Shown: one piece after another, positions 42,346 through 53,500 of the stretch | Layout: every line of letters starts with the position of its first letter | Numbering within the stretch: position 1 is the stretch's first letter | NCBI GenBank assembly: GCA_963752155.1 | Contig: CAVVXH010000005.1 | Coordinates: 1 to 64,000, forward strand | DNA: 64,000 nucleotides | From: an uncultured Parachlamydiaceae bacterium | GTDB lineage: Bacteria; Chlamydiota; Chlamydiia; Chlamydiales; Parachlamydiaceae | Direction of reading: 5' to 3' | Position numbers and translations under genes: made by a program | Notes under the pieces: model-generated | Database searches by the model: none | Seen by the model: the letters and a program-made list of their open reading frames with translations, nothing else | Told to the model about the DNA's origin: nothing

Positions 42346-42462
42346 GACATTACGACTTCACGCAGTGGTTGAAACCACTTGGAGGCTACGTGGCTATACA
42401 ATCTGCAATCTTTTTAGCTGTTACGATTTCACAAGGAGGTTTAGACCACTTTGAGGGTTCTT

Positions 42463-43314
42463 CTACATTAAAAATAAATTGATTCCAAAAACTTTATACA
42501 TGGATTCAATCTGCAATTTCACATAATCCTTATATCGACCACTCCAATGAAATATCACGGCATCAGGATTAGCTCCTGATTCTGCAATCCAATTATACTC
42601 TCGCGAGAGATAAGTAAAACCCATTCCATGAGTATACAAAATATTGACTAAAAGTTGCTGATCTCCAAAATGAAGATGTGTATTCTCATGCACCTGATGA
42701 GCCCACTCTTGTATGGCTTTAGAACCCCTTTTATAAACAACTACACCTGAATTTAACATCAATTGTCCAGGCAAAATCATTTTTCTATTAAAATTAATGA
42801 CTTGTGAATAGTCAGCTTCAGGAGCAAGACAAATGCCAGCGTCATTCTCACACTGAGAAAAAATAGTTTCGATCGAACCTCTAACCTGGCAATCCACATC
42901 CAACCATATTGTTCGTTCATAGGGTGATAAAAGCATTGCAAAGGGCTTTTTAAACCATCCCTCACGCATTTTCCACACTTCCGGATGCATGGACTCCCAC
43001 ATAGTTGCCAAATCGACATCTACAGATTCTTTAGGTGCGATCAGGTTTTCTTCCATTTTAAGATCAATGAGATTCCCTCTTAGGCGACACCATTCGATCG
43101 CCTTTTCAGTCATATCTCCAAAATTAATAAAGGTAATAGGCAGCACATTATGTACTTGAAAATTCATCAACCACCAAGGCAAGAGCCATTCTTGATTAGA
43201 ATTGACCCCCACAATAACTCCTTGATTGGGTTGAGAAATCATATTTGATTCATTCTCTTGATTAAGTGTATCGTGCATAAGCTTAGATGTACTTTTCTGA
43301 TAAAAATATGTCAA
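42463..43314 (-). CDS. GT-A fold glycosyltransferase (GT8-like)
   Basis: WFKKPFAM, IWLDVD (DxD), NSGVV, GDQQLL, IFHW; true start probably at a downstream Met. Confidence 0.78.
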   Translation of the reverse strand: MTYFYQKSTSKLMHDTLNQENESNMISQPNQGVIVGVNSNQEWLLPWWLMNFQVHNVLPITFINFGDMTEKAIEWCRLRGNLIDLKMEENLIAPKESVDVDLATMWESMHPEVWKMREGWFKKPFAMLLSPYERTIWLDVDCQVRGSIETIFSQCENDAGICLAPEADYSQVINFNRKMILPGQLMLNSGVVVYKRGSKAIQEWAHQVHENTHLHFGDQQLLVNILYTHGMGFTYLSREYNWIAESGANPDAVIFHWSGRYKDYVKLQIESMYKVFGINLFLM

Positions 43315-43410
43315 CTTTTTAATTTTTAGTGGAATTGTTGAATTATGTCTAGATTTTCATGGTCTAATATGGTAAAGTGCAGCGGGATCAGAAAATAAAA
43401 AGGGCAAAAT

Positions 43411-43860
43411 ATGGCAATAACAATGAATCACCATATCACCAAAAGAGTTACTAGAACCGGAGTCTATGGCATTGCAAATAGAGAAGAAAAAATTTTGCTC
43501 ATCCAGCAAAGAGGAGGTCCTTACTCTGGCAAATTTGACTTTCCAGGAGGTGGAGTTGAATTTGGAGAAACCCCTGAGCAGGCTCTTAGAAGAGAATTCG
43601 TCGAAGAAGTAGCCATGGGATTTAAGTCTTTCATTCTTGTAGATAGCCTATCAGCAACTATCGATATTCCAAAAATTGATGAAAGAGAAGCTTGCATATT
43701 CTTTCAAATTGGGATGATTTATCACGTTAAAAATCTATATCTGCTAGAAAATGAAGCAGAAGCAGAGTTTGAATGTCATTGGATAGATCCAAGGGATTTG
43801 ATTCAAGACGAATGTTCAGGCCTTCTTTGGCAGTATATTAAAAAGCATCATACTCTATGA
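43411..43860 (+). CDS. Nudix hydrolase
   Basis: FPGGGVEFGETPEQALRREFVEEV. Confidence 0.9.
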   Translation: MAITMNHHITKRVTRTGVYGIANREEKILLIQQRGGPYSGKFDFPGGGVEFGETPEQALRREFVEEVAMGFKSFILVDSLSATIDIPKIDEREACIFFQIGMIYHVKNLYLLENEAEAEFECHWIDPRDLIQDECSGLLWQYIKKHHTL

Positions 43861-44352
43861 GTTTAAAGGAAATCCCATGCGAGAAAGCAACGTGCGTACG
43901 ACATGGGTGGGATGCCTTAAAAAATAAGTAAATACTTTCCAATAAGTCACTGAATCCAAATTTCTTATAATCAAAAATTGCTCATTTTTTAATGCATCGT
44001 CGAGCCATTCTCGATGAACATAAAAAAATGAAGAAGGCAATTTGTTTAGATCAAACCATTGGATATCTTGTGTTTCATTTCCGGTAGAAAAAGCCCCGGA
44101 TATCACCGAACATTCATAAAGATATGTGACACTAGTCAATCGATTGATTGGTAAATATTTGGCAACTTGTCGCTCAATCTTCACGACCAATCCTGTTTCT
44201 TCTTGAGCTTCGCGAACAGCTGCATCACCCGGAATTTCACCTGAATCAATCCCCCCACCGGGCAAAACCCACACAGGAACATCCCGCCTTTTAACAAGCA
44301 AAACACCATTTTTTTCCTGATTAAATATAATGGCAATCGCGCTATTTTTCAT
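43855..44352 (-). CDS. Nudix hydrolase
   Basis: WVLPGGGIDSGEIPGDAAVREAQEETG; start taken at MKNSAIA. Confidence 0.9.
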   Translation of the reverse strand: MKNSAIAIIFNQEKNGVLLVKRRDVPVWVLPGGGIDSGEIPGDAAVREAQEETGLVVKIERQVAKYLPINRLTSVTYLYECSVISGAFSTGNETQDIQWFDLNKLPSSFFYVHREWLDDALKNEQFLIIRNLDSVTYWKVFTYFLRHPTHVVRTLLSRMGFPLNS

Positions 44353-44466
44353 AAACAAATCTCGGCTGGCATACAAACTTATTGCAAAAGATTGGACTGA
44401 TTCTATATAATTAAAACATCTCTGATGAATTAAATCACTGAAAAACATCAAAATTTAAGGATTTTT

Positions 44467-47220
44467 ATGAAATTATTCGCTAAACTCTTATCGTTTATAT
44501 TTCTCATTCCTATCGCTCTTTCAGCACAAAATTCAGACAATTCACAAAAGGTCGATCCAATGAAAACTGAAGTTACAGCCAAAGCTATGCCTCAACCGAT
44601 TTTGTTAGCTAATTATAGACCCCCAGAGTATCTCATTAAAGAAGTTAAACTTTGTTTTAATCTCGATGATGAAAAAACTATAGTTTCCTCAAAAATGAAT
44701 GTTTATCAAAATCCCAATTCTAACTCTGATAAGACCTATCCTCCCTTAGTGCTACATGGAGAAAACCTGAAACTACTTTCTGTTAAAATCGATGGGCACA
44801 CATTAGCTCCAAATGACTATCTTCTCACAGCAGAAACTCTTACGATTCATCCATCAAATCACAGCTTTATATTAGAAATCGAAAATACAATTAACCCAAA
44901 AAATAATACTGCCTTAGAGGGACTTTATAAATCAGGAACTATTTTCTGCACTCAAAATGAACCTGAAGGATTCAGGAGAATCACTTTTTTTCTCGATCGT
45001 TCAGATGTGATGGTTAAGTATACAACAAGAATCATAGCCGATCAAAAGCTATATCCTATCCTCTTATCAAATGGAAATGAAATAGGTCGAGGAGCTCTTA
45101 ATGACGGAAAACACTGGGTTGAATGGGAAGATCCGTTTGCCAAACCTTCTTATCTTTTCGCTCTCGTCGCCGGTGATCTAGGGTCCATTCGTGACGAATT
45201 TATAACGATGAGTGGAAGAAAAATCGATTTGAGGATCTATTGTGATAAAGGAAATGAAGCGAAATGTCACCATGCTATGCGTGCTTTGATTAAAGCTATG
45301 AAATGGGACGAAGAGGTCTTTGGTCTTGAATATGACCTCGACATCTTTATGATTGTTGCCGTCGATGCCTTCAACATGGGTGCTATGGAAAATAAAGGTC
45401 TGAATATCTTCAACACAAGTTGTGTCCTTGCAGATACTGCCACAGCCACTGATGATAACTTCGCCAAAATTGAAGCTGTGGTTGCTCATGAATATTTCCA
45501 CAATTGGACCGGAAACCGCGTCACTTGCAGAGATTGGTTTCAACTCACTTTAAAGGAAGGGCTCACGGTGTATCGTGATCAAGAATTTTCTTCTGACACA
45601 TTATCTCGGCCTCTTCAAAGAATTCAAAACGTCCTCACCTTGCGAGCTTCACAATTTACAGAAGATGCCGGTCCTACAGCCCATCCCATTAAGCCTAAAT
45701 CCTACCTTGAAATCAACAATTTCTATACCGCTACAGTCTACAACAAAGGGGCTGAAGTCATCAGAATGATTCATACTTTAATAGGACCAGAAGCCTTTCG
45801 TCGTGGCATTGACAAATACTTTGAACTCTATGATGGTCAAGCAGTCACTACTGAAGATTTCGTTCATGCAATGGAATTGGCTTCCGGAAAAGATTTAACT
45901 CAATTTCAGCGCTGGTACTCTCAAGCAGGAACTCCGGAGATTCAGGTCGACACACTCTACGATCAAGATAAAAAGACATTCACATTAAAAATTGTTCAAA
46001 GTTGTGCTCCAACAGCCGATTGCAGCGAAAAAGAGCCATTTCACTTCCCATTAGCTCTAGGGCTGATTGGAAAAAATGGAAAAGATTTGCCTTTAAAACT
46101 AGCGGGAACTCTCCTAAAACGTCCTCTCATAGAAATAACTCGCCAAGAAGAGAGCTTTGTTTTTGAAGATGTGCCACAAGCTCCTGTATTGTCGATTAAT
46201 CGAGATTTTTCTGCTCCAATTAAAGTAAAACAAAAACACTCTCACCATGATTACATGTTCCTCATGGCACACGACAGCGACCCATTCAATCGTTGGGAAG
46301 CTGGACAGGAGTTAGCTTCAGAACTGATGTTAAAAATGGTAGCTGATCTTTCCGAAGGAAAATCTTTAGTCCTAGATTCAGGATTTATCGAATCTTTTGG
46401 AGCCATCCTCAATGACCCCGATTTAGATGATGCCTTCAAGGCTAGAGCCCTTATCTTACCTGCTGAATCGATTTTGGCACAGAGTTTGAATCCAATCGAC
46501 TATGATGGTATTCATTTAGTACGAGAGTTCATGGTTCACAAATTGGCAGAAACTTACAAAGAGAGTTTTAAAAAGATTTATTCAAGATTGAATACCACTG
46601 AACCCTATCATTTTGATGCCGTTTCCTCTGGAAAACGGAGCCTAAAGAATCTTTGCCTTTCATACTTATCCACCCTTGCTACACCAGAGGCCATTTCTCT
46701 CTGTGAAGAACAATTTATTAAAGCGACAAACATGACAGATCAATTGACAGCTCTAATATTGCTTGTGAATATCGATTGTCCGCAAAACGAAAAGGCGTTG
46801 AAATCGTTTTATACTCGATGGAAAGAGGATACTTTAGTCATGAACAAGTGGTTAGCAGTGCAAGCTTCATCAAAATTAGATGGGACCTACGAAAAAGTTG
46901 TTACCTTAATGAAAGACCCTATATTTGACATGTGTATTCCAAATTTGGTGCGTGCTCTTATTTTTTCTTTTTCTCAAAATGCGGTACATTTCAATCGCAA
47001 TGATGGGGTTGGCTATGCGTTCATAGCGGATCGCATACTTGAACTCGATAAACTTAACCCACAAATAGCTGCCGGCTTGGCTAGGGCCTTTAGAAGTTAC
47101 AATAAACTCGATCCGATGAGAAAGAAAGCGATGAAAAAAGAACTGGATCGAATCCTTGTCCAACCGGAGTTATCGACAAACGTCTATGAAATCGTTTCCA
47201 AGTCGTTGGCCTGGGAGTAG
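44467..47220 (+). CDS. pepN: Aminopeptidase N (M1) with an N-terminal signal peptide
   Basis: GAMENKGLN, HEYFH...KEG, NNFYTATVYNKG; MKLFAKLLSFIFLIPIALSA. Confidence 0.96.
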   Translation: MKLFAKLLSFIFLIPIALSAQNSDNSQKVDPMKTEVTAKAMPQPILLANYRPPEYLIKEVKLCFNLDDEKTIVSSKMNVYQNPNSNSDKTYPPLVLHGENLKLLSVKIDGHTLAPNDYLLTAETLTIHPSNHSFILEIENTINPKNNTALEGLYKSGTIFCTQNEPEGFRRITFFLDRSDVMVKYTTRIIADQKLYPILLSNGNEIGRGALNDGKHWVEWEDPFAKPSYLFALVAGDLGSIRDEFITMSGRKIDLRIYCDKGNEAKCHHAMRALIKAMKWDEEVFGLEYDLDIFMIVAVDAFNMGAMENKGLNIFNTSCVLADTATATDDNFAKIEAVVAHEYFHNWTGNRVTCRDWFQLTLKEGLTVYRDQEFSSDTLSRPLQRIQNVLTLRASQFTEDAGPTAHPIKPKSYLEINNFYTATVYNKGAEVIRMIHTLIGPEAFRRGIDKYFELYDGQAVTTEDFVHAMELASGKDLTQFQRWYSQAGTPEIQVDTLYDQDKKTFTLKIVQSCAPTADCSEKEPFHFPLALGLIGKNGKDLPLKLAGTLLKRPLIEITRQEESFVFEDVPQAPVLSINRDFSAPIKVKQKHSHHDYMFLMAHDSDPFNRWEAGQELASELMLKMVADLSEGKSLVLDSGFIESFGAILNDPDLDDAFKARALILPAESILAQSLNPIDYDGIHLVREFMVHKLAETYKESFKKIYSRLNTTEPYHFDAVSSGKRSLKNLCLSYLSTLATPEAISLCEEQFIKATNMTDQLTALILLVNIDCPQNEKALKSFYTRWKEDTLVMNKWLAVQASSKLDGTYEKVVTLMKDPIFDMCIPNLVRALIFSFSQNAVHFNRNDGVGYAFIADRILELDKLNPQIAAGLARAFRSYNKLDPMRKKAMKKELDRILVQPELSTNVYEIVSKSLAWE

Positions 47221-47400
47221 TTCTCAGCCTTGCAGATCTAATCGCAATTCTCGTTGAAATTTCGCTCCTTTTCGGGCAAAATAAGCGAGAATTGCTAATA
47301 AAATATAACTTGCATAAATATTAATTAAGTGATATCAGATGTATGATATCTTGCATATCAATGAAAAATTAACATAACTTTATAAATTAAAAGAGGAACT

Positions 47401-47916
47401 ATGATTACTCCAATAAATATTAATAACGGAGCAATAATTCAAAATGATAATCAAGCATTAATACTTGAAACTCTTCATGGAGTTTTCAATGTACAAGATC
47501 CAAGAAGTGATAACTCCTTAGGCAATACAGTTTTAAAAATCATTGCTGTAGTGGCAATTATATTCACTATCGCTACTGTTTTTTTTAAAAACCATGCTAA
47601 TATTAATACAAAAAAAAATATTTCAATTCAAACACCAACCAAAATATCCTCAGAAGAGGGATCTTCCACAGATGAGGAAATATCCTCGAATGAAGAATCA
47701 GGAAAAGCCTATGATAAAGAATGGAAAAATAAGAAAAAGTTGGAGAGAAAAATATATAATGAACTTTCAGCGCCCGATGATATAAATAAGTTTAATAATC
47801 TAATGGATTTATACATCCAATTAGTTGCACTTGGCAGGAACCATGAATTGAGGAAAGAATTAGAAGCTCCTTTACTAAAAGTTATAGATAAAATTGAATA
47901 TGTACTCAAAGCTTAA
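47401..47916 (+). CDS. Hypothetical single-TM protein sharing a C-terminal domain with 53979-54953
   Basis: GAGG SD; TM IIAVVAIIFTIATVFF; LMDLYIQLVALGR motif. Confidence 0.7.
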   Translation: MITPININNGAIIQNDNQALILETLHGVFNVQDPRSDNSLGNTVLKIIAVVAIIFTIATVFFKNHANINTKKNISIQTPTKISSEEGSSTDEEISSNEESGKAYDKEWKNKKKLERKIYNELSAPDDINKFNNLMDLYIQLVALGRNHELRKELEAPLLKVIDKIEYVLKA

Positions 47917-48099
47917 TTGATTTTTTTTGTCGAACGAATGACGCGCAATAAAAGTGTAGCTCGATCTGGCCAAGAGCCCGATCTTCTTTGCTCAACTCTA
48001 AAATTTCTCCTTGCTTCCAAAGAACAACCATGTTAGCCTCTCTTCCAAAGCAGGCTAACAAAAAATGGCCCTTTGGATCCTTTAAAATGAAGAGAAATT

Positions 48100-49350
48100 A
48101 TGAAATCAGGCTTTCGCTATTATCTCACCTCTCTAATCACCCTCTTATACGTATTTCTCACACAGGAGATTCTAGGTGCCCCTACACCTCACACTTTACA
48201 ACAAGCATTGGATGCGGCGATCGAGCACTCTTTAGCCCTTAAACAAGCAGATGCTCAAATTCAAATGCTCTTAGCTGACTGTTTGCAAGCTGGGCTTCGA
48301 ATTAATCCTGTGTTCATTCTTGAAGTTGACAACCTTGGTGGACGGGGAAGTCATCACGGTTTCAGTTCAAGTAGCCCTTCAGTCGCTCTTTCACAAATTT
48401 TTGAATTAGGCAATAAAAGGTCTGCTCGTCAAAATGCGGCAGCAGCACTAGCCAACATTGCCCTTTGGGATCGTGAGATTCTTAAGCAAGAGCTTTTACA
48501 CAAAGTGACTGATCTCATCATCGATGCGATCGCCAATGCTGAAAAAGTTAAGTTTTTAAACGCTGCAAATGAAAATGCAATCATTTCTCTAAAATGCATT
48601 TCAGAGAAAGTCAATCATGGCAAAGCCAATCCCATCCTTCTCAAAGAAACTGAACTGGAATTAAACAGATCTATTCTTAATCAGAAAAAAGCTGCAAGAG
48701 ATCTCTCCTCATCAATACGAGAGCTCAATCTAATCTGTGGTTGCACCTTTACATCTCTTGATGAAATAACTTTCCCTTTCTTTGATTTTTGCTCCCCAAA
48801 ACCTTTAGATGACTATCTCTGTGCTCTTTCGAATCATCCGGAAGCCTCAAAATACCGCTCCGTTGTTTTTGCTGCTAACGAAAACTATTATCTCCAAAAG
48901 GCAAACGCTGTCCCAGATCTTGAAGTCACTGCTGGCATCAGTCGAGACAATCGCCATAGAGACCACTCAATTAGTGTAGAATTTGATATAGCTCTTCCCA
49001 TTTTTGATCGCAATCAAGGCAATATTTGCCGATCAAGTTGGGAATCTCTATCTGCTTCTTATAAACTAGAAGAATTTACAAACTCATTAAAAATGGCTTG
49101 TGATAATGTTCATGACCACTTACTGAGAAGTTTTGAAACTGTCAGCATTCTCCACAATGAAAGCCTTCCTGCTGCTTTTCAGATTCTTCAAGCCTATGAA
49201 GAAGGAAACAATGAGGGTAAATATGAATGCTTGGACATTTTGTCAGCTCAAAGCCACCCTATTGAACTTCAAATTCAATTAATCGACGCCCTTGCGGAAT
49301 ATCACCACCTCAGAACAGAGCTCCAGTATTTATGTGGGAACTGTTTTTAA
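48100..49350 (+). CDS. czcC: Heavy-metal RND efflux outer-membrane protein (CzcC/TolC family)
   Basis: QAGLRINP, ELGNKRSAR, LPIFDRNQGNI; operon context. Confidence 0.82.
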   Translation: MKSGFRYYLTSLITLLYVFLTQEILGAPTPHTLQQALDAAIEHSLALKQADAQIQMLLADCLQAGLRINPVFILEVDNLGGRGSHHGFSSSSPSVALSQIFELGNKRSARQNAAAALANIALWDREILKQELLHKVTDLIIDAIANAEKVKFLNAANENAIISLKCISEKVNHGKANPILLKETELELNRSILNQKKAARDLSSSIRELNLICGCTFTSLDEITFPFFDFCSPKPLDDYLCALSNHPEASKYRSVVFAANENYYLQKANAVPDLEVTAGISRDNRHRDHSISVEFDIALPIFDRNQGNICRSSWESLSASYKLEEFTNSLKMACDNVHDHLLRSFETVSILHNESLPAAFQILQAYEEGNNEGKYECLDILSAQSHPIELQIQLIDALAEYHHLRTELQYLCGNCF

Positions 49351-49372
49351 TAAAACCAAGCGGAGAACTATC

Positions 49373-50554
49373 TTGAAAAAGACTACAAATATTCTAACGC
49401 TAAGCTTGTCAACTTTAGCCATCATTGGAGCTTTTATATTCTGGAAGGTCGATGAAGAACATAGTTCTCATGATCATCATCACGAACACGATCATGAACA
49501 TGAAGAATATGTGGTCCTAACAGATGAACAATTAGATGCTGCAGGAATCATCCTTCAAAAAGCTCAACCTGGCAATCTCCAAAAAATGATTCAATCCCCA
49601 GGAATCATCTCAATCAACAAAGACCGAATCATTCACATCTACCCTAAGCTGGAGGGTATTGCCAAAGAAGCTAAAAAAAATTTGGGCGAATCTGTAGAGG
49701 CTGATGAAGTGATTGCGCTTCTAGAAAGTCGAGAAATTGCTGAAGCTAAAACGACTTATCTTACAGCCTTAAAGAAATCAGAACAAATGACAATCCAGTT
49801 AGAGCAAGAAAAGAATTTATTAGAAAAAAATGTTTCTTCGCTTCAAGATTTTCAAAAAGTTCTTCACAAAACTGATGAGGCCTTTCTCAATTTGCAATTA
49901 GCCAATCAAAAGCTACATATTTTAGGACTGTCGGAAGTTGAGATTGCCAATTTACCCATGGCTCACCCTTCTCAACTCACCACTTATGAAATCAAAGCCC
50001 CCCTACAAGGCACCGTCCTATCCAGAGACATCACAGCAGGTGAATACCTAAAAACTGACCATGAAACCTATGTGATTGGAGACCTTTCTAGTCTTTGGAT
50101 TGACCTCAGCTTTTATCCACAAGATCTCCCCTATGTGAACAAAGGGCAAATGATCGATGTCACAGATGCAAATGGACTTCAAGGCAAAGCTCAAATTCTC
50201 TATCTCTGCCCTGTGATAGATGAAGATACACACAGAGCAAAAGCGATAGCTTCCCTAGATAACAACGAAGGCCAGTGGCATCCAGGAACATTTGTTACGA
50301 CCTCAACACCCTCAACAACTATCCCTGTCGCTCTAGCAATCACCAAAGAAAGTGTCCAAAATATTGATGGAGAAGACTGTGCTTTCATCTACACAGAAAA
50401 AGGGTTTGAAATACGTCCTATTAAATTAGGGCGTTGCGATGGAAATCATTATGAAGTCCTTTCGGGAATTCATCCAAATGAAATCTATGCCTCAAAGAAT
50501 ACGTTCTTACTTAAAGCCGACCACAAAAAAGATGAAGCTGAACACGAACATTAA
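49373..50554 (+). CDS. czcB: RND efflux periplasmic adaptor (CzcB-like), His-rich N-terminus
   Basis: HSSHDHHHEHDHEH, IKAPLQGTV, DLSSLWI, terminal EHEH; TTG start after GGAG. Confidence 0.85.
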   Translation: MKKTTNILTLSLSTLAIIGAFIFWKVDEEHSSHDHHHEHDHEHEEYVVLTDEQLDAAGIILQKAQPGNLQKMIQSPGIISINKDRIIHIYPKLEGIAKEAKKNLGESVEADEVIALLESREIAEAKTTYLTALKKSEQMTIQLEQEKNLLEKNVSSLQDFQKVLHKTDEAFLNLQLANQKLHILGLSEVEIANLPMAHPSQLTTYEIKAPLQGTVLSRDITAGEYLKTDHETYVIGDLSSLWIDLSFYPQDLPYVNKGQMIDVTDANGLQGKAQILYLCPVIDEDTHRAKAIASLDNNEGQWHPGTFVTTSTPSTTIPVALAITKESVQNIDGEDCAFIYTEKGFEIRPIKLGRCDGNHYEVLSGIHPNEIYASKNTFLLKADHKKDEAEHEH

Positions 50555-50563
50555 GGCCTCACT

Positions 50564-53500
50564 ATGATTGAAAAGATTTTAAAATTTTCCATTTATAATC
50601 GCTATTTAATCGTAGTATTGACTGCTGTCATTGCTGCTTACGGCTTTTATTCTTTAAGGAATCTGCCGATTGATGCTGTCCCTGACATCACGAACAATCA
50701 AGTCCAAATCAATGCGACTGCTCCCGGTCTCTCCCCTTTTGAAGTCGAAAAGCAGGTCACATTTGCCATTGAAAATGGACTTGCAGGGATTCCAGGTTTA
50801 GAATCCATGCGTTCTCTTTCCCGCAACGGATTTTCACAAGTCACGGCTATTTTCGAAGATCATGTGAATGTCTACTTTGCCCGTCAGCAGATCAACGAAC
50901 GACTTGCTGAAGCCAAAGAGGTTCTTCCTGCAGGCGTTGAACCCAAGATGGGTCCTATCTCCACCGGCCTTGGGGAAATCTACATGTACACTGTGGAATA
51001 TGAACATCCTCTTGGTCAGGGTGCTAAGATCCTCGATGGACATCCCGGTTGGCAAAGTGATAGAACTTATTTGACTCCAGAGAGGCATCGGCTAAAGACT
51101 AAAACTGAGCTCGCCTCTTACCTAAGAACTGTGCAAGATTGGATCATCCGTCCTCAATTGAATGGCATTCGGGGGCTAGCCGGAGTCGACTCTATCGGAG
51201 GCTATGTCCGCCAATATCACGTAGAGCCTAATATCAATAAACTCACGGCATTGGGACTCACTTTCCAAGATTTAATCACGGCTTTAGAAAATAACAATCT
51301 AAGCATTGGTGCCGGACATATTGAACACAACAGCGAAACTTATTTAGTCAAAGCCGATGGTCGTATTGAAACGTCAGATCAAATCGAAGATGTGGTGATT
51401 GATACGCGAAAAGGAGTACCGATCCACATTAAAGACGTGGCCAATGTAGCGATCGGCAAAGAGCTTCGCACCGGCAGCGCTACTGAAAACGGACAAGAGG
51501 TTGTGATTGGCACAGCAATGATGCTCATCGGCGCTAACAGTCGTACAGTTGCTTTGAGCGTTGATGAAAAGATGCAAAAAATCAACAAGACTCTTCCCCC
51601 AGATATAAAAGCTAAAACAATTTTAAACCGAACAAAACTTGTCGATGCAACAATCGATACTGTGACTAAAAATCTTTTTGAAGGGGCTTTACTTGTCATT
51701 GTCGTGCTTTTTGCCATGTTGGGAAATTTTCGTGCGGCTTTCATCACAGCACTTATCATCCCATTATCGATGCTCCTAACCGCTATTGGGATGGTCAAAA
51801 CACACATAAGCGGCAATTTAATGAGCCTTGGGGCCCTGGACTTTGGCCTTATTGTCGATGGGGCTGTCATCATCACCGAAAACTGCATCCGTAAGCTCGC
51901 CGAAAAGCAAAAAAAGCTTGGACGACTTCTCAACCTTCAAGAACGCCTTGAAGAGGTTGTTCTTTCGACCAAAGAAATGATTCAACCCACTGTTTTCGGA
52001 CAAGCTATCATTTTGACTGTCTACATTCCTCTTTTGACCTTCACTGGGGTAGAAGGTAAGATGTTTGAACCGATGGCGATGACTGTTATTTTTGCTTTGC
52101 TGGCAGCCTTAGTTCTTTCACTGACTTTTACACCAGCAATGATTGCTCTTTTTCTGACTAAAAAGATTGAAGAAAAAGAAAATAAGATCAATGAAATTGC
52201 AAAACGTTGCTATGCCCCATTACTCGAAAAAGCATTACAGGCTCCTGGGATGGTTGTAGCGTATGCTGCCCTTCTTGTAGCAGCTTCGTTGCTATTTTTT
52301 TCACACCTTGGACAGGAATTTGTTCCAGCATTGGATGAAAAGGATATTGCTTTACATGCAGTGCGTATTCCAAGCACCTCTCTTTCTCAATCGACGGCAA
52401 TGCAACTTGACGTAGAAAAGACCCTCAAGAAGTTTCCTCAAGTTGCCTTCGTCTTTTCTAAAACCGGTACAGCAGAAATGGCCTCAGATCCGATGCCACC
52501 AAACGTCTCCGATACATTTGTGATGCTCAGCCCACCAAATGAATGGCCCAATCCCTCTCTTTCAAAAAACGAGTTGATTGCACAGCTTGAAGAACAATTG
52601 AAGTTGCTTCCTGGAAATAATTATGAATTTACTCAACCCATAGAAATGCGCTTTAATGAATTGATTGCTGGAGTTCGCAGTGATGTTGCTGTGAGAATCT
52701 TTGGGGATGATTTTGACATTATGCAACGTGTTGCCGACGATATTGCCGGAACCCTTAGGAAAATCAAGGGTGCTGCAGATGTCAAAACAGCACAAACGGA
52801 CGGTCTTCCCGTCTTAGAGGTAAAGGTTAATCGTGAAGCGACAAAACGCCTTGGAATCAGCACACATGAGATATTGAATACTATTTCAATTGCAATTGGA
52901 GGAGGTAAAGCAGGGATGATCCTTGAAGGCGATCGCCGTTTCGATCTAATGGTCCGTTTACCGGAAATTTTGAGAGAAGACCCTGAAGCCCTTGGCAACT
53001 TGCCCATTGCTCTCCCAAAAAATGATGATCTAAGTGGAAAAGGATATCGATATATTCCCCTTAAGGAAGTCGCCACAATAGCAATGACAGAAGGGATTAA
53101 CGAAATTACTCGCGAAAATGGCAAACGTGCCATTATTGTTCAAGCGAATGTTCGAGGCAATGACTTAGGAAGCTTTGTGGCAGCAGCTAAGAAGAACATC
53201 CATTCTCAGGTTAAAGTTCCGCCTGGCTATTGGTTGGACTGGGGAGGACAATTTGAAAATTTAATTTCAGCACGTAACCATCTTCTGATTGTCATTCCAC
53301 TTTGCTTTGCTTTGATCTTTATCTTACTTTTCACAGCTTTGAAATCTATTAAGGAGTCATTGATTGTATTTAGCGGTGTTCCTATGGCCCTTACAGGAGG
53401 AATCATGGCTCTTTGGTTGCGTGATATCCCTTTTTCTATTTCTGCAGCTGTGGGCTTCATTGCTCTTTCCGGAATTGCTGTACTGAACGGCCTTGTGATG

